Source of the DNA: an uncultured delta proteobacterium
GTDB taxonomy: Bacteria > Myxococcota > Myxococcia > Myxococcales > Myxococcaceae
Assembly: GCA_963771175.1 (NCBI GenBank)
Contig: CAVYSY010000033.1
Span: forward strand, 512,001-576,000
DNA length: 64,000 nucleotides
Direction of reading: 5' to 3'
Below, in pieces: positions 61,053 through 64,000 of this stretch. The translations under genes were made by a program, and so were the position numbers. Position 1 is the stretch's first letter, and each line of letters opens with the position of its first letter. The notes under the pieces are model-generated. The model was not told the DNA's origin and made no database searches. It saw only the letters and a program-made list of their open reading frames with translations.

Positions 61053-62882
61053 GTGACTCGGCAGGTGAACCAGGTGGACATGGTGGACGGGAAGCAACAG
61101 GCAGCACTCACGAGACGCATCCTGTTGTTGCTGCTCGGGTCGAACATCCCCCTCACGCCATTCTCCACCTACGCGGCGAGCCTGTTCGTGGGACTGGAGC
61201 GGCCCGAGGACGTACTCGCCGTCAAGGTCATGCTGGCCCTGGTGGTGGTGTTCAACGCCAGCCTGGTGCTCTTCCTGGTGCTCCGCTACCTGGTGCGGAG
61301 CACGTTCGCGCTCCGGCCCACGGATGAGAAGGGGGGCCGGCTCGAGCGCATCCTCAAGCTGCCCTTGCGCATCGCCTTCTTCTGCGTGCAACTCACCTGG
61401 TTCCATGCCGGGGCCTGTTTCATGCTCGGCGTCTGCCTGATGACGGGACAGAGCCTCCAGGCGGTCATTCCCGTCACGGCCATCGCCACGGCCTTCGGCG
61501 TGCTGCTGACCTTCCCCGTCGTGCCCATCATCGAGCACTGGACGATGAAGCACGCCCTGGCGGAGCAGGAGCGCCTGGGCGGCAGGCACGCCACCGGGAG
61601 CGGCTACTTCTGGCCCCGCCAGTCCTGGTACCAGCCGTACGCGGTGGCCAGCGCGTTGATGGCCACGCTCTTCCTGGCCGGGGTGGTGGTGGTCATCAAG
61701 GTCAGCCGCGTCCAGGAGCAGTTCGTCGAGAAGTTCGAGGCACAAGGCGCCACGCTCATGGCCGAGCAGATGCGTCAGGCCTCGGGGGCGCTCGTGCAGG
61801 AGCTGGGCCTGCCGTTCCTGGGCATCTTCGCGCTCGTCTTCATCTTCCCCACGCTGGTGGTGGGCTTGCAGGTGTGGCGGCAATCGCGGGCCATGCACAC
61901 GGTGCGCGAGGCCATCGAGGCGCTGGCCAGCGGGATGCCCAAGGCACCGGAGTGGGTCTCCACCGACGAGGCCGGGGACATGGCGGACGGCATGAAGTCC
62001 GTGCTCGTCAAGCTCCGGGAGATTCCCCGCACGTTGCAGTCCTCGGTCAACCGCCTGTCCGAGGCGGGCACCAGCCTGAGCAGCGCGATCGAGCATCAGC
62101 GGCAGAGCCTCACCCACCAGGCCACCGCCCTCCAGGAGGCGCAGGTAACCTCCGAGGAGATCAAGCAGACCTCGGAGACGGCCTCCCAGAAGGCCGAGGC
62201 CGTGCTGACGGTGGCCGCGCGGGTGGAGGAGCTGGGTCACTCCGGCGAGAAGGCCCTGCAACAGAGCATCGAGGGACTCGACACCATCCGCCACTTCGTG
62301 GATGGGATGCGCGACAAGGTGTCCCGGCTGGGGGACAGCACGCGGCAGATCGGCCTCATCACCACGACGGTGAAAGGCATCGCGGATCGCTCCAACATGC
62401 TGGCGCTCAACGCCTCCATCGAGGCCGTCCGCTCCGGAGAGCACGGCAAGGGCTTCGCCGTGGTCGCCCGGGAGATCCGTGGCATGGCCGATCAGTCGCT
62501 CCAGGCGACGGGCCGCATCCGCGACATCCTCGAGGAGATCACCCTCGCCATCAACGACGCGGTGGTCATGGGCGAGCAGGGGGCCCAGCAGCTCGAGGAC
62601 GGCATGCAGCGGATCAAGCGCTCCGGCGAGAACTTCCGCGAGGTGTCCGACATGGTCCAGCAGAGCACCACCAGCGTCCGGCAGATCTCCGCCACCGTCC
62701 GCCAGCAAAACGAGGGCGTCTCGCAGATCTTCACCGCCATCCGGCAGCTCTCCGTCATCATGGAAGAGACGGTCAGCCGGCTCGACTCGACCCAGCAGGC
62801 ATCCCTGATGCTGAAGTCGGTATCGGATGAGGTGACCCGGCTCGGGCACGCCTACGAGCATCGGCAGCGGGTTGATGGATAG
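61053..62882 (+). CDS. Methyl-accepting chemotaxis protein with multi-TM N-terminus
   Basis: AAGGAGG then GTG; about six TMs; HAMP-like [41 protein letters not shown] hairpin tip. Confidence 0.92.
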   Translation: MTRQVNQVDMVDGKQQAALTRRILLLLLGSNIPLTPFSTYAASLFVGLERPEDVLAVKVMLALVVVFNASLVLFLVLRYLVRSTFALRPTDEKGGRLERILKLPLRIAFFCVQLTWFHAGACFMLGVCLMTGQSLQAVIPVTAIATAFGVLLTFPVVPIIEHWTMKHALAEQERLGGRHATGSGYFWPRQSWYQPYAVASALMATLFLAGVVVVIKVSRVQEQFVEKFEAQGATLMAEQMRQASGALVQELGLPFLGIFALVFIFPTLVVGLQVWRQSRAMHTVREAIEALASGMPKAPEWVSTDEAGDMADGMKSVLVKLREIPRTLQSSVNRLSEAGTSLSSAIEHQRQSLTHQATALQEAQVTSEEIKQTSETASQKAEAVLTVAARVEELGHSGEKALQQSIEGLDTIRHFVDGMRDKVSRLGDSTRQIGLITTTVKGIADRSNMLALNASIEAVRSGEHGKGFAVVAREIRGMADQSLQATGRIRDILEEITLAINDAVVMGEQGAQQLEDGMQRIKRSGENFREVSDMVQQSTTSVRQISATVRQQNEGVSQIFTAIRQLSVIMEETVSRLDSTQQASLMLKSVSDEVTRLGHAYEHRQRVDG

Positions 62883-62948
62883 ACCCCTCCCGCGGCCATC
62901 GGGCGAGCGCGCCGACTACCCGGCAATGGCCCGATGGGCCGGTCGCCC

Positions 62949-64000
62949 CTACCAGCCGCGCCCGACCGCCGCCGCCGCCCGATCCGCCCCCGCTGAAGCC
63001 GCCAGAGGAACTCGAGCTGAAGCCGCCGGAGGACCGGGAGCTGGTCGCGGTGGCGGTGGCCAGACCCGAGGCGAACTCGTTGGCGAAGCTCGTCACCCGG
63101 AAGCAGCAGGAGCAATGAGCCCCCTCGTACCAGTGGGCACGAACGCCTCCCCGGCCGCGATTTCGAGCCGCTCCGCGAACCGGTCTCCCAGCCCCAGGGC
63201 GACCGCATAGGCGAGGTGCCGCGCGTTCGCGTCCTCGCGGCAGAGGTCGACCCCTCCCGGAGGAGCACGCCGTAGGCCTCGATTTCGTCGAGGAGCCAGC
63301 GACCCTCGGGCGAGCGCTGCCGCAGCAGGAACAGGGAGGTGACCATCATCGCAATCGTCAGCGCCAGGTACGCCGCCGCCACCGGGCTCACTTGTGACCC
63401 CAGCATTCCGAGCACCACCGCCTCCCCGCCCCCGCGAACGGCACCGCCATGATCGAGCTCACGAGCGCCTTCAGGAAACTCGCTCCACCGGCCGCCCACC
63501 ACCGCCTTCCACCCGGACCACGCCGAGAGGAGCAAAAAAGCCCACCCCACGGTCCAGCCCGAGAGCCACGCGGGAGGAAGATCCCCACGGCCGCGAGGCC
63601 ACCGCCCCAGCCGACGATGAGCGCGGCCACGTACGCCGCCACGGCCACCAGGGTGCCGGGAACCAGGTACTTGCCGTTCGAGCGGAAATGCCGGCCCGCG
63701 TGGGCGAGCTTCGAAATCGCCCTCGAGCGCCTCCAGCGCGGCCTGCAGCACCGCCCGCCCCTCCCGCGAGACCTCCACCGAGTTGCCCGGGAGAAGAGTT
63801 TCCGCAGCAACGTCCGCTCGTCCCGTCCCAGCGTGCCCCGCGCCTCCCGCTCCATGCGCATGAGCCGGAAGTCTCCGGAGCCCTCCTCGATGCGCACGAG
63901 CCCCTTCGAGGCGAGCCCCAGCAGGGCGGCGGTGAAGCAGGACTCGTCGAACCCCATCTGGGTGAGGTAGCGCACGGCGCCCGGCGACAGCTCCTCGGGC
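62949..64000 (-). CDS. DUF2207-like membrane protein, 3' part, multiple frameshifts; continues past the right edge
   Basis: LSPGAVRYL, AALLGLASKG, HLAYAVALG and a terminal SSGGFSGGGSGGGGG..GW* tail, spread over several frames; TAG at 62949-62951. Confidence 0.75.

Overview
GC-rich DNA that reads as a myxobacterium, probably Cystobacterineae/Archangiaceae-like (inferred from gene content: lipoprotein M4 proteases with PPC domains, geosmin synthase plus two Family 2B encapsulins, sigma54-type promoters, orphan MCP). It is an accessory region of about 50 CDS. I recognised no rRNA, tRNA or CRISPR array. Main loci: (1) a tightly coupled four-gene operon at 1539-8658, encoding an HMG-CoA-reductase/phosphotransferase fusion, a CdsA-type cytidylyltransferase, a rifampicin-phosphotransferase/PigC-architecture PEP-utilising enzyme and a UbiA-like membrane protein. 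It matches no pathway I can name and is the best candidate for an undescribed system. (2) Geosmin synthase carrying two GPTGLGT motifs, followed by two cNMP-domain encapsulin shell genes (22596-27800). (3) A five-gene transglutaminase-7TM / ATP-grasp / TPR / TPR-lipoprotein / outer-membrane-protein operon (43965-50883). (4) A second, atypical class I terpene synthase divergent from a chemoreceptor. Several genes carry clustered single-base insertions, most likely assembly errors. All product calls rest on motif recognition by eye, not database searches.
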